Part shown: positions 40,986-53,221 of the stretch, one piece after another | Position numbering within the stretch: the first letter of the stretch is position 1 | Layout of the letters: every line of letters starts with the position of its first letter | Assembly: GCA_051294905.1 (NCBI GenBank) | Contig: CM119371.1 | Location: forward strand, 37,450,001 to 37,514,000 | Source of the DNA: Botryllus schlosseri | Taxonomy: Eukaryota | DNA: 64,000 bases | Reading direction: 5' to 3' | The notes under the pieces: generated by a model | Databases searched by the model: none | Told to the model about the DNA's origin: nothing | Seen by the model: the letters and a program-made list of their open reading frames with translations, nothing else | Made by a program: the position numbers and the translations under genes

Positions 40986-41282
40986 TCATTTTAATATGAA
41001 TATGCTATTCAATCTGTAAAATGTAAAATGATAAGTTCACTAAAAGTACAGACGTCAACGATACCAAACAAGTGCAAATTGCAGAAAATTTTTAACTTTG
41101 CAGACAATTCTGACAAGTTTTTGACATAACGCCACAATTTTGACAAAATTTAGAATTTTTTGCTCTGTCAAAAAGAGCAATGCTAATGATCGCATTGTTT
41201 GCGGTCAATTCATTTGTGAGATAACAATGAAGGAGCAGTAAAACGCAATAACATTAAGCTCATTTACATGCCCGCATTGGTA

Positions 41283-41663
41283 GGTTCCATACTATTACCG
41301 AGAATGCTAGTACCGAGATAGACATTACCGAAAATGCTATTACCGAGAACGGACATTACCAAGAATGGACCTTACCGAGAACGGACATTACCGAGAATGG
41401 ACATAACCGGGAATGTCCAATGCCAAGAATCTAGCTGAATGTAACGGACGTTGTCGAGAAATTTATACCTGAGAATCGATACCGAATGTGACAACGACGT
41501 GCTGCACACACACGACCTGTTCATATGCGTAACATGCCTGTATTTCATGTATCTGTCCAGTGTCCATTCTCGGTAATGTCCCTTCTCGGTAAGGTCCTTT
41601 CGCGGTGTTGTCCTTCTCGGCATTAGCATTCTCGGTAATAGCATACTCGGTATTGACCGGACA
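41283..41663. mobile_element. Foldback-type MITE with tandem ~16-17 bp subterminal repeats
   Basis: (CATTACCGAGAATGGA)-like repeats at 41290-41430 and their inverse (TTCTCGGTAATG) at 41563-41652. No clear TSD. Confidence 0.6.
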
Positions 41664-41775
41664 CTGTATTGGTAAGCTTCGAAGCTGACTCGTCAATCTG
41701 ACTCTCGCGATTTTGAAAAAGAGAATATGGCAACCTGCTTCAAGCTATCTTGAGGTAAATAAGTTCCACCTAGTC

Positions 41776-42165
41776 CAGGGGTCGGGGACCTTTTTCGACC
41801 GAAGAGCCATATTGATCAAATATTTCCAATTTTCACCCCGAAAGAGCCATACATTCCCATCAACTGTTACGTCACAATTGAAAATTCGTGACGTAGGCCT
41901 ATTGGAAACACTGATATATGGGATTCGTAGTGTGCGTCCTATTTCTCTGCCCACATTCGCAGGTGGAGCCAAACATGGTCACTACAGCAGTACGTATCCA
42001 CTGCATGGTACGATACGTCAATGACGTGGGCTTGGGGAAGGCAAGTAAGTCAGTGTCTCGCATGTCGTCAGGGATGAGGGCGGGAAAATTGTGAAACCTT
42101 AAATGATTGTTATCCGCGCGATAGTGAATAGATCGAATTCCTTAGAGGTGTTAGTCGCCGGCGGC

Positions 42166-42207
<42 letters not shown>

Positions 42208-42475
42208 AACAACAACAACAACAATAACTTAAATTTGAGAATTTTGAAACGGGGAGGGGGTACGAACCCCTAATCCTGGTTACTCCACTGTCTTGACCTC
42301 TCGAAGACATCTTTCTTCTGCCAAGGGAATAATTATTCGGGTCCTCATAGCAATTTATTAACAATTTGCTGGAATATTGATAAACTAATTACAAAATTAA
42401 AAGAGTGTCAAAGAGCAATATGTGATACCCAAAAGAGCCATGTATGGCTCGCGAGCCATAGGTTCCCGACCACTG
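41776..42475. mobile_element. hAT-type non-autonomous element
   Basis: Termini CAGGGGTCGGGGACCT and AGGTTCCCGACCACTG, with subterminal GAGCCA motifs. CCTAGTC is repeated on both flanks (right copy offset by 3 nt). Confidence 0.7.
42165..42227 (+). repeat. (CAA)n microsatellite
   Basis: About 20 CAA/TAA units. This explains the poly-Cys ORF on the minus strand. Confidence 0.95.
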
Positions 42476-42591
42476 AGTCCTAGTCCCTTGGAGACGGGTA
42501 GAGCTGAGCAGCACCGGTACTTGAAAACGAATCAGGACTCTACCACTTCCACCAACATTTTTATAAAATATATCCCGAACCCGGCACCTCT

Positions 42592-43252
42592 CTTATTATT
42601 ATTATTATTTTTGTATTTAAAAACGATTTTAGTGACGCATATAACAACTACGGTCTTTTGCGTCACGACATAACAGTTGCTGATCGAATCGATATTGCGA
42701 TAAGCAAATACAGTCAACTAAGCATTTAGTACTGTCTCTTTGTCTTCGCAATGAATTCCCACAGCAAAGGTGATATATAATCAGTAGCTATTATATTTTC
42801 CATTGTGAAGGGTACTCTCAAGTCCAGTACGGCAGCTCTAAAGTGGCATCTTTCGTTGGCGTGCTTCACACACTCGATAATAACGTGCTCTGCAGTTTCT
42901 TCAACATGGTATGTGGTACAATCAGGGGTATCGGAGCATCCAATTTTGCTAAGATGGGAGTTGAGACGACAGTGTCCGGTCCGTAATCTGAAAATGGTGG
43001 TTTCGGCACGGCGTGGCGTGGTTAAAGTAGGTGGTAGTTTTGTGTATATGTCAGGGCAGAATTGCTTGAAATGTGCTCCAGACGCGGTTTCGATGAAACG
43101 TCGGTTCCAGTCTTGCCTACAGTGACTTAAAATCAATCAGTTGGCCTCGCTAGAAGTAAGATCTACACTTTGGTTCAGCGAAGTCATGGGCCGCAGCCTC
43201 TTTCGCAAGTCGGTCAGCGACGTCACGTATCTGAACTGGATGAAACGGAGAG
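42592..43252 (-). mobile_element. 5'-truncated non-LTR retrotransposon (I/Nimb-like), second family
   Basis: The minus strand gives DVADRLAKEAA (RNase H C-terminus), IFRLRTGHCRLNSHL and CTTYHVEETAEHVIIEC (degenerate CCHC), with the stop at 42726. 3' stem-loop at 42632-42666 and a (TAA)n tail. Possible TSD TCTTATTATTA at 42591 and 43253. Confidence 0.88.
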
Positions 43253-44238
43253 TCTTATTATTACAGTACACATGACGTAATCATATTTCTTCATGATCAC
43301 GAATTATGAAGAGACTGGGGCCAACATTATAAATTGCACAATTTAGTGTCAGGGAAATACGCAAGGCGTGCTCGGACATTCTAGAATTGCGTAAACGTAC
43401 CTACGATGATTGTAACTGGCGTAGCATATTATCTGAGCCCAATCAAAGACTGCTTTGTCGCTTGAGCTGCGGCAAACTTTTGCCCCTATGCACTCAATCG
43501 TATTTTCAGCACTTCGGCAAGCCGTCTCATGACGTCACTGCAAGGTGATATACTCCGAGACGACTTCGCCATGTGAACGAGCTTAATGAATTTCTGGTTG
43601 CTCTTTCTTGTATTACCAAAATATTAGATGCCCGCTAATTTTAGTGATGGCTATTTTACTAATTGTGTATCATTACGGTGTACACGATAACGATCAATAT
43701 CACGCATCCTGTAACGTTTAGTCGTATCAAATGTGGTGCCGTGAGGGGAAAATGAGATATAACCTAAATAAACTTTGAAACCGCGGGTGAATTTCACATA
43801 AAATAACAAAGATGATATAATAGCTATATAGTGGAGTTTGCCTGTTTATATAATAATAGTGTATTAATGGTGTCGATGTGAGCCGCATGAGAAATACATT
43901 CTTACCACATGTCATGAACCGCTTCCAATAGAATTCGAGAGAATGAGCAACGCCAGACGTAATTCGAATTACACCATCACGGAAACAGTGAGCAGGATTT
44001 CAACATTCCGGAACATGAAGCAAATCCCTTCCATGATCAAATACTTTCAGCTTTATCATGTGCAGTTTTCCGAAATGTTATTCTAAACGTATGTTGTTAG
44101 ACTAATTAACGTCTCGAGAAACTTTAGGCATTCAATTCACACACAATTTATCGTCATCAGTCGAGAGCCGCTTCATACTAACACAGTGCTGTAATCCCGC
44201 ACAGACTTGTCAACTAGAATGTTTTAGTTATCTATAAG

Positions 44239-44958
44239 CATGGTTGCAATTCCTTCCTTGTTTCTAAGATTTGTCCTTATTTTGAAATGCCAGGTTTTAG
44301 AAAACTCAACCGTCCTCGTTTTAAAGAAATGTCCTTGTTTTCCACTTGCGTCCTTACTTTGTCTTATTTTCAACAACTACGGATCTTCGATCTTTTCCTC
44401 TGGTATCCCTTTTGCATAATATTCTGAATAAAATTATGCTTTTGCGTGGTGATTTTATGACATCATAAATGAAAGAAACACCCGTGGTGTCGGCCTGCAT
44501 ACCACAGGATTTGACTTCGAAGTGGTGAGATAGCTAGGGCGGCAGTGAGTGCCTGAGTGGTATAGCAATTTCGACTGTATCAATCTGTCACAGCGGGCGT
44601 CATTTTAACAGTAGACAGCAGTACCAGCAGTAAACAGAAGTACCAGTGCAGTCGACACATAGGCTAAAAAGTTGTGAAGCTGTAAATCATTGATAAATCT
44701 ATCTAAATTATATTGCACATATAGCTTTAGCAACAAATAAGGCTAAATCCGATTAGTTAAAATGACCAAGCGTAAAAACGTTATTCGTTACGATTATGAG
44801 AGAGAATTCAAAGGTATCAGACACAGTTGAATGGCTAGTCTTTCGCAGATTGCAATATCCGCAATCGTGGCATTAACATGGAAGCCATAGGAAAGACCGC
44901 TATTTCCACTTACACAGAGTATGTCCTTATTTTTGGGTCCATGTCGAAGGCAACCCTG
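44239..44958. mobile_element. hAT-type non-autonomous element
   Basis: Termini CATGGTTGC and GCAACCCTG, with GTCCTTATTTT subterminal repeats. Perfect 8-bp TSD TCTATAAG at 44231-44238 and 44959-44966. Confidence 0.82.
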
Positions 44959-47900
44959 TCTATAAGACTAAAAAGATTGAAATGCCCAGTATTCTAATTC
45001 TAATCGAAGTTGTGAATCTTTCCCCGCTTTAATTCTAATTCTAATCTAATATATGAAATGTGTCTTTGTTCTAATTCTAATTCTAATCTAATATATGAAA
45101 TGTGTCTTTGTTCTAATTTTAATTCTAGTCCGATTTCTGGTTTTCCTGAAATGCCGAAGGAGCCGTATGGTGCGAACCGAGCAAAGCTTACTGCATAAGC
45201 ATTTGCTATTCTCATGCTTATCAGAATGGGCTCTAATTTGATATAAACTGGACTTCATTCAATGTCCAAGTTTTCACGAGTTCGGTTATGTTATTCAAAT
45301 TCGGAAAAAAAGTTGCGTATTTATTATTATAATTCCAGTCTAATTTGAATGAAAAAATGTGAAGCTATAACTTTAATTCTAATATAACTCGGAAAAGCTG
45401 AAATTACTCCAGTCAATCAAGGCTGGTCACGTGTTCGGTGTCGCAGTGTTGTGACAGCGATACAAGTTTATTTCCAATCGTGCGGTATTACATGTACGGG
45501 TAATATAATACCGCCAGAGGCGTGGAACAAGTAGTTGGATTGTAAGTTACTAGTTCTAAATGCTTGGCTTCAACATGTTTTGATAGTGATGTTGATGATG
45601 GCACGATTGGCCGAAGTATGCCCGGAATCGCGTGCTTGATTGCTGGTTTCAGCGCGCTTATCAGAAACTTTGTAATGTTCTGCGTACTTGGCTTCAAAAT
45701 AACTCACTACTGTTGATCAATATTTTTCGTTTCCACTCACGGACTCGACCCAGCAATTTCGTGACCCGTGAATCTGCGAAACGTTGTTGAATTCGGAGCA
45801 TCACGGTCGGATTTGATCAAAATTCTGTTTATGCTGAATGCAGAGGCGGCAATGCAATCACCATCGCTACTCGGGTAGAGGTAGAAGTAGAAGTAAGGAC
45901 TGTACACGATTTCGCATATAGAAGTACCGATATCAAAACATTTAAACTCTAGCGGTTAATCGGGAGTTTCTTATTATGAAATTACATAATGCGACCTACG
46001 CAAACTACCCACGGACACTACAAATAGGCGCAGTCTTCTAAAATATTAGTTACCGTGATATATGGTGTTGTTAAGCGAACCTCGAGTGGTCGTACGATAT
46101 GCGAGCCGAAGAAGTTTCAAGCGGCTTGATTGATTTTTCATGAGGTAATTATACCTATAGTGTTTGTTGGTACGTTGGGCTGTGCTTTGTAATCCAGTTC
46201 GTTTTTGAGTGCTCTGTTCGACAGTTACATTTCTTGGAGGACGCTCCGAATTAAATGTTTTCGAAGACTAGTGCGAGATGAAACGGCATCGTATTCAAAC
46301 TCTCACGATGTGAGGTGCTGGAGTAATTTATTGCCGAGACTTTGATTTATCCGTTTGCTAGGCGCTGATATTTTTTTTTTGGAATTTTGTTGGTAAAATT
46401 CCATATATGGTATATTTCACGTGGATTTCATGACAATTACACTCGTAAAAGCGATGCAAACACATAGGACAAAACTACTTTCAACTTTTCGTAATTCAAA
46501 GCATAAAATACAAGTCGTTTGGCCAATGAACGGTTCAGGTAGAAGTACGGGAGTAGTCTCATACGTGTAATAGGAAAAACCTTACTTAAGTAGTCCGAAT
46601 AATTCTTTTCAATAACAACGAAGTACTCAAACTATACATAGGCCATATTATAGTATCGACATATCTATTCCGTGCGACTAACATGTTAGCCTTTATCAGT
46701 ACATTTGATCTGTTCGAAGAATCATAAGATTCTGCGCCGTCTATAATTCACACGAGCAGAAAATGGGCGTATTGCGTAACGAAGAATATAGAACATGATT
46801 ACATAAACACGAGCGAGCAATTTACGCGATATGCGACTGTGATAGCATATAGAGAATTCGGAGTGTTATTGGTGGTAATAACCGAACGTAGTCTGCGTCA
46901 TAACTTGGTGTTGGTTACAAACAATTTGCAGCACCGCATTGTTTCTTTCTGTGTCACTCGAACGCAATTTATTATGTAATGTACAGGTTACAGCAATCAC
47001 AATTATTAGGTATATATAAATTATATTGAATGTGGTAAAATTATGTTTTAAAGGTAATCTGAGTCAGTCTGCTATAACACTTGCACCGCAGTGACGGAGG
47101 ATAAATCAAAAATATAGGACTTGATATTACGGCAGTTCTAAACTATGCGTCTGAAATTCATAATTCGGTTTAGAATTTGGAGTTTTATTTCTCTAATCAG
47201 AGGAAAAGCATTCAGCCTTTCACATTGCGCAATTTTGAATAATATTTATATATATGTGATGGTTGAGAAGCACCAGTATAGCTTACGCTGATGCCAATTC
47301 CTCGGAATACGGACCTTTAGATATCATTGTATTTCTGAAAATACTTGCAGATTTACCGATGAAACATGATTCGACTCTCAGCCGTCTCTCTCAAGAGCGG
47401 CCTCTAGAAAATAATTTCGTTTCACGAGATCGCAAAGTGAATCTCGTCTAAATTTAAAGCTTTGTTCGATAGTAATCTAACCGTCGCAATTGTACGGATA
47501 GATAGCGCAAGTCGGCGGAACAAAGCGACGCAGGTACCTGTCGCCGCTAGTCGACGAAATCTTGGGGAGAATTCTCGCAATAACATATTTTCAGAGTCTC
47601 GCCTTGAGGGCGTATCAAAATTGTCATGAAATACCTTCTGTGACTTGTATCGTGTGTCACTCAGCAGGCGACGTCGCGGCGTTAAGACAGGGCACTGCGA
47701 GCAGAGTGCGTGACGGGAGCGCGAGAGTATCGATCACCCTAATTTAGCGGTTCCGTCACGGCTTTTGGCGTTTTCGCGAGCTTACGCGTCAGATCGCGTA
47801 GACGAGACGTGTCTAATAGAACGGACCTCGCAATGGATATGATAGAATTTATGTAGAGGTCCAATTTAAACGAATATCATCTCGGTTGCCCTTTCCGCAA

Positions 47901-48782
47901 TATTGCGGATTGTTGAACCGTAGTTTGTGAAGTCACTACGCGATTCACTTGTCAATCGATTACTATTAAACGATTCTATCGAAATTATGTTTTCATCTTG
48001 AAGCTGGTACGAGAATGGGACACGTAAATAGTTATAGTTGTCTATTTAGACCAATTTGTAATTGTAATTGTAATGTAATTATAATTTACTTTAAAATGCC
48101 TCTGGGCTCTCATTGTAATTCTAATCTAATTGCGGTTTTCCCGAAAATGCTAGTGTGATAGAGCACAGTGCGATACAGTGTGATACGAGCCAAGCTCGGT
48201 GTACAGACATTTGTCCTTCTCGCGCTTTCGAGAATGAACTCGAATTTGATATGCACTGAATTTGATTTTTGTCGTATTTCTTTCTAATACGAAATAAAAT
48301 TCAATTTCCAAGTTTTTTCGCATTAAATTATTCTATTTGTAATCGAATTTGTATAAACATCCTTCACCCGTCACTAAAATTCTAATCTAGTTGGGTGAAG
48401 CCTGAAATTTTCTAGCGTTCCAACTCTGACCAGGGTTGGATAGCTCACAGGTAACAGACCCAGCGTTGTGCGTGAAGGCGTGCGAATGCCGATTACTGCT
48501 CCAGTTTGTTCAGGAGTTTAAAGTAAGAAAGACAAAAAGTTGTCACGGTTGTAATTTGCGCACCTGTGGCTCTGAAGGCCGAAAATCGATAAACCACACA
48601 ATGTTTGTCAAAGGGACACGCCTCATTATTGGTTGTCACATGAAAACATTAGGAATTGTATACGCGAATCTTACTACAAAATGATCGTACATCCTCATCA
48701 ACCATGCCATCAAATGCGTATTTTCTAAATCCACCTACATGCTCTTATCAAATGCCAACTGTTTTCAGCTCCGTAGTTTAAG

Positions 48783-51763
48783 ATGAAGATTTTAGTCGCC
48801 GTCTGTTTTCTCGCAGGTGAGATTGCGTTCGAATATATGTCGATCTGAAATTGTAACCGTTTTATGTTCTCTCAGTCGCGAACCGGGCTTTTGGCTCTGG
48901 TGACGGATCGGATGAGGATGGTCCTGGCATCCGGCACGGAGCGGTAAGTTCATTGACGTCATCAGTGCATGCCTATAGGCTCCAACTTCTGTTACATCAC
49001 AGATCACGCCACAAGGACAACCCCAACCCCAACCTGTCATACAATATCCTCAACCAATGCCATACCCAGGTTACCCACCCCTACCGAATCCCAACCCCCG
49101 CCCTCCGTCCAGAAGCGTCATAGATACGTACATTCAGTACATGGTCTATAAGGAGCTGTTGAAACTGAGTGAGTTTTTTTATATCAGACGTGGCGCCAAC
49201 TTTCCCGCCACAACACTCTTGCTCTTTTGCAGTTCGTCCGACCACGACCACTGCAGCCACCGCTGCGCCTCCGACAGTCGTGAGTATTTGTAGTTAAAAT
49301 AACAAACTAGCAGGCTATTTGTACCATTTGAAGCTGGGGTTGGGAAAAGTCCGGTTGAATATTTCAGTGATACGGGAAGTAAGCTTTCAATCGAGTCATG
49401 ATATTAAGAATGTGCCTTTATATCGGTAATTTAATGCAGAGTTGCAAGCCATAAGAGTTATTTTTTTAATTTCTCGACAATGACTGTATCCTATTACTTC
49501 GTATTAATGCAGCTGCTTAATCATAGCCAGAGGTGGTGGAAGTTGTCGTCGTTGGTGTTCAATGTTCATGTAGAAATAGCGTCATAAACTTCTACTGAAA
49601 TACAATTGGAAGTAGCGTATTCAAAGTATTCAAAAAGTAAGTATTATAGCCGTAGTGCTGATTAAAAAAATGAATACCGCCAAGTGTTTTAAAGCATAAT
49701 AGTCTTAAAGCATAACGAGTTGAGGAAGTTCCGAAACACTTGAATACTTGTGCTTGAGGTGGTGAAATAAGGCGTTGCTAACACTGAAGCAAGTGTAGAA
49801 TGTAACTGCCTGGATAAATCGTATCATATTATCAGTAAGTAAGTAGACGAAGAGGAATTCTAGGCTTGATTTGTCCATAAACACTCTAGCAAATAGTGCA
49901 CATAACCTACTCGAGTGCTTCGAAAGAGTAAAAGTACTCTTTTGCCAGCCAGTGGTATAGCTTCCATTAAGATGTTACCTGTTTATGCTCAGCGTGATGC
50001 CACCGAGTCAGGCTTCAAGGCTTCTACGATGAGAAGAAATGACTGATACTAAATATTTGACATTGATAATATAACTGCTAGCGACAAAAAAAAATACGTT
50101 TTAGTTACTCTCTCCATACTAAAATCGATTCACAGTTCAAAAGTATCAGATTCAAATATTAGAGATCTCATATCCGATTTTGAGGCCAGTTTTAAAATAA
50201 TCAAAAATCAGGTCCGAATACCGCGCAAATCAGCAAATTTGTCTTTTCGACCGAAATCTAAATTCATCGTCATTAACTGTACCCTACGAACTGATACGAC
50301 GCATGTGACTGCACGGCTGGGAATCCAGACACAGCAAATGACTTGTGGCGCGCCAAATCTGATAAAACATGTATCAATCGTAAGCTACCGTTGCACTGAT
50401 TTCGAAAGCAAAATTCCAATATGGTCAGGCCACTACCGAAAAATTGTTCCAAAAAATTGCGTACTGATTGTGACGCCATTCGTGTGTTCGAGTCATTGTG
50501 TCCAGGATTGTTATACAATTCGTTGTCACAGGACCCGTGCACCCAGTGGAAAAAGGTTGGCACCTGCAGTTATTATGTCTTCTACGGGAAGTGGACTTGG
50601 AACCAAGCCAAAGACGCGTGCGCCGCGCGGTGCAGCTCCGAACTAGCCCATGAAGCATCGGCAATCAAAGCGACGGACGCTACTACGAAAACTACTTTCG
50701 CGTGAGTACGCCACTCTGTCTCTCTCTCAGTTCACCAAGCGACAGCGTGTACGATCGTGACAGAGGAGGCGACCAGATTAATATCATTATTATTAATAAA
50801 GTTTTTAAAGTGGCGCGTATCGCCTGTTTAGGGCTTGTGCGCCACGACCGTACATATCCTAAAGTCCAGTGTCTTTGCGTTGGCAATGAGGACGACTTTC
50901 ACTTCCACGTGCACTCCCACTCTTCATTCTCTCTCGGTCTTGTGAATCCACTTCAGGTCTCTGGTGCCGACTTTCGAGCGAGGTTCACTCTTCTTCTGGG
51001 CTTTTTTAAGAGGCTGCGTTAACAGCGAGGTCGTTGATGAGGAGCCTAGATAAACCTCCGACACATAGAAACATGGCAGAGCCGAGACTCGAACCAGCAA
51101 CCATTGGTGTCGCGACTGCGCCAGAGGCGACCATATAATTCTAGTTGTGTATTTATACTAGATAGAACGAAATGTAGGTAATCATATTCTAATCTATTTT
51201 TTGAAATATCTTTGTTCTCTCATTTTGATTATAATCATATTCCCGTTTAAAAAAAAATGATACAGGATTACTTTATAGTGCGAGACAATCCAAGCTTATT
51301 GAACAGGCATTTCCCATTCCAATTTTTCGAAAAGGAACTCTGAATTGATATGAACTGACCTGAATTTTAGTCGCAGTTGGTGCTAGTGCTGAATTTAGTT
51401 CAACTTCGTGATTCCAATACAAGTTGGAGAAGCTTATTATATTCTAGCTGTCTCCCTCAGAACATTGCAATTCTTGTTTGCAGAAATATCGTAGGAATGT
51501 TCCCAGGCGTGCCAGCTGGAGCCAACGTTTGGATCGGCGCTTCTGACGCGGACAGCGCCCATACCGTCGCGACTGCCAAGTGGGTGGATGGCACTGATTT
51601 CACGAAACAACCGACTGATGCGACTGATTACGACACTAGCCCTGCAATCGCAGGGTGCGCATATTATGCTCCGGGATCCGCAGTAACTACCGGCATTAGG
51701 TTCAACGTCTGCACCACCACTTCTGTGAACACCCCTTCCTATTACCTTTGCGAATTCTGCTAG
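48783..51763 (+). CDS. Secreted Pro/Thr-rich C-type lectin-like protein (paralog 2, 254 aa, 6 exons)
   Basis: Exons 48783-48816, 48876-48943, 49003-49168, 49233-49279, 50532-50701 and 51484-51763, 765 nt in frame, with the same intron phases (1,0,1,0,2) as paralog 1. Motifs MKILVAVCFLAVANRAFG, DPCTQWKKVGTCSYY, VWIGASD and YYLCEFC. Confidence 0.88.
50779..51123 (-). mobile_element. tRNA-derived SINE family B in intron 5 of lectin paralog 2
   Basis: Minus strand: TGGCGCAGT...GGTTCGAGTCT (B box), TAGGCTCCTCATC body, 3' stem-loop GTGGCGC...GCGCCAC (50810-50845) and a (TAA)n tail. 13-bp TSD GAGGCGACCAGAT/GAGGCGACCATAT. Absent from the 66-nt paralogous intron. Confidence 0.85.
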
Positions 51764-52122
51764 AAGTCAACTGACTCGAACTAAACTTTCGACTATGACC
51801 CGTTTTCCTTACCAACCGCAGAGCCGCAATTAACCTTTGGTGAATCTTGTTGTTGTCTTGGAATAAAACGGATACGCGGCGTGTGATCGTTCGCTCTTTG
51901 GAAAGCTCCGAAGAATAAGTGGGCCAGGAGCGAGTGGAAATCCCTGAGACGCGTGCAGACTGAGTATGAGGGGATGTAGAGAAAGTTACGACATTTAGTG
52001 TCACGCCCGTTATAGTTCATTGAAGCTGCGGCTCGGTTCAGATATTTTTCCGGAGATTCTATTTTGCGCGCGAACCTGCCGCGATCTAGCGGTAACATAA
52101 ATCATTTGAATCGCACGTAGCG

Positions 52123-52535
52123 TAGGCTAACCATACGTCCTCTTTTTTGGCTTTTTTGAAAGTGTCCTCGGAGGACGTACTTTTGTCCTCTTTTTTGAGA
52201 TTTTGTCCTCGTTTTTGAGGTCAGATTTAGAGCAAATTGCGAGTGATATGCCGTAAATTAGCACAGAAGTGACGCTCCGGAGGGTATTTCGGAGCGAAAA
52301 ACGCTATATTGAGCTCCGAGCGGAAAGATGACCTTTTTTTTTAGTCATCCACCTAGCAATGCGGAGAAAAACGGTATTTTGGGCTCTGAGCGCGAAGTGA
52401 TGAGCTTTTTTTTAGTCAACCGGTCACGAAGTGGGAAAAATTCACCGGTTTTTGAGAATTCTTCTCCGGTTTTACAAGAATCAAATTTCTGAAAAAAGTG
52501 TCCTCTTTTTACATTTCCAAAATATGGTAAGCCCA
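52123..52535. mobile_element. hAT MITE (TAGGGTTACCATA family)
   Basis: Termini TAGGCTAACCATA and TATGGTAAGCCCA. Perfect 8-bp TSD ACGTAGCG. Related copies at about 18143-18480, 29960-30292, 31065-31446 and 56597-56917. Confidence 0.85.
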
Positions 52536-53221
52536 ACGTAGCGGGGACGAGATAGAGCAGAGGTTCAACTCCTAGTCTAATTAGCGGTAGTTATTGGACA
52601 GGAAAGGACAAAAGGAATCGATTAGTCGAATCTAAATTTAATACAAATTCGAGTTGAGCAATAAGCGACGATTTATTCGAGTACTCAGAATCTTAGATAA
52701 TACACCCCTTTCCACTGAGAGTTAGTTCAACAACGAGAATCGTAGTTTCGGTACTGGAGATTTTGAGACCATCCGACCACAAGAAACATGCACCACAAGG
52801 CCGTGTACGTTATCCTAGGCGACATTCCACGGAAATAGAAATTGACCCGCAGCACAGTCTTAAATATGCTATGAAATAGATATGACCGAATTAATACATT
52901 ATCCTCAATTTGACCCAGAATTGGCATTGTTCCATTTTCCGTAGCATAAAAGGCACCGATATCATGTTGTGTAGGCCATGGGGGGTGTCTGATTAAAAGA
53001 CTACCAAAATTCGTTTCGAAATCCTTGATGCAACTGATCCTGATGAAACTTTCCATATAATAACTGAATACCTGACGATCCTGTAACGGTGCCGACTAAG
53101 CTTACCCTGGTGAGCCGCGGCAAAGGAACGCAGCGGTATTTCAGTGTTAAGCGAATCGCAACCAGAATTTATTGGATATGAATCACCAAGTCATATAATG
53201 GCAAACTTCGGGCCGAATCGC

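Larger units (their letters stand above)
40715..41013 (-). mobile_element. Penelope-like (PLE) or retrozyme-like insertion with inverted terminal repeat
   Basis: 117-bp inverted arms (40753-40869 and 40897-41013) with a 27-bp spacer and an ~35-nt unpaired tail on the left. 13-bp direct repeat CAATCTGTAAAAT at 40702-40714 and 41010-41022. Each arm holds a hammerhead motif. Confidence 0.7.
30395..51850 (+). repeat. Segmental duplication carrying the lectin gene: ~30395-36700 versus ~43665-51850
   Basis: Colinear similarity across about 5 kb of upstream DNA and the gene: 30395-30790 with 43665-44130; 31697-33960 with 45440-47470; 34380-35480 with 47480-48780; then the exons. Offset about 13.3 kb. 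Confidence 0.9.

Noticed and set aside
41290..41652. Regularly spaced short repeats resembling a CRISPR array
   Set aside because: The repeats abut without unique spacers and switch orientation, the context is eukaryotic and there are no cas genes. They fit foldback subterminal repeats.
42110..42364. Poly-cysteine ORF
   Set aside because: It is an artefact of the (CAA)n microsatellite.
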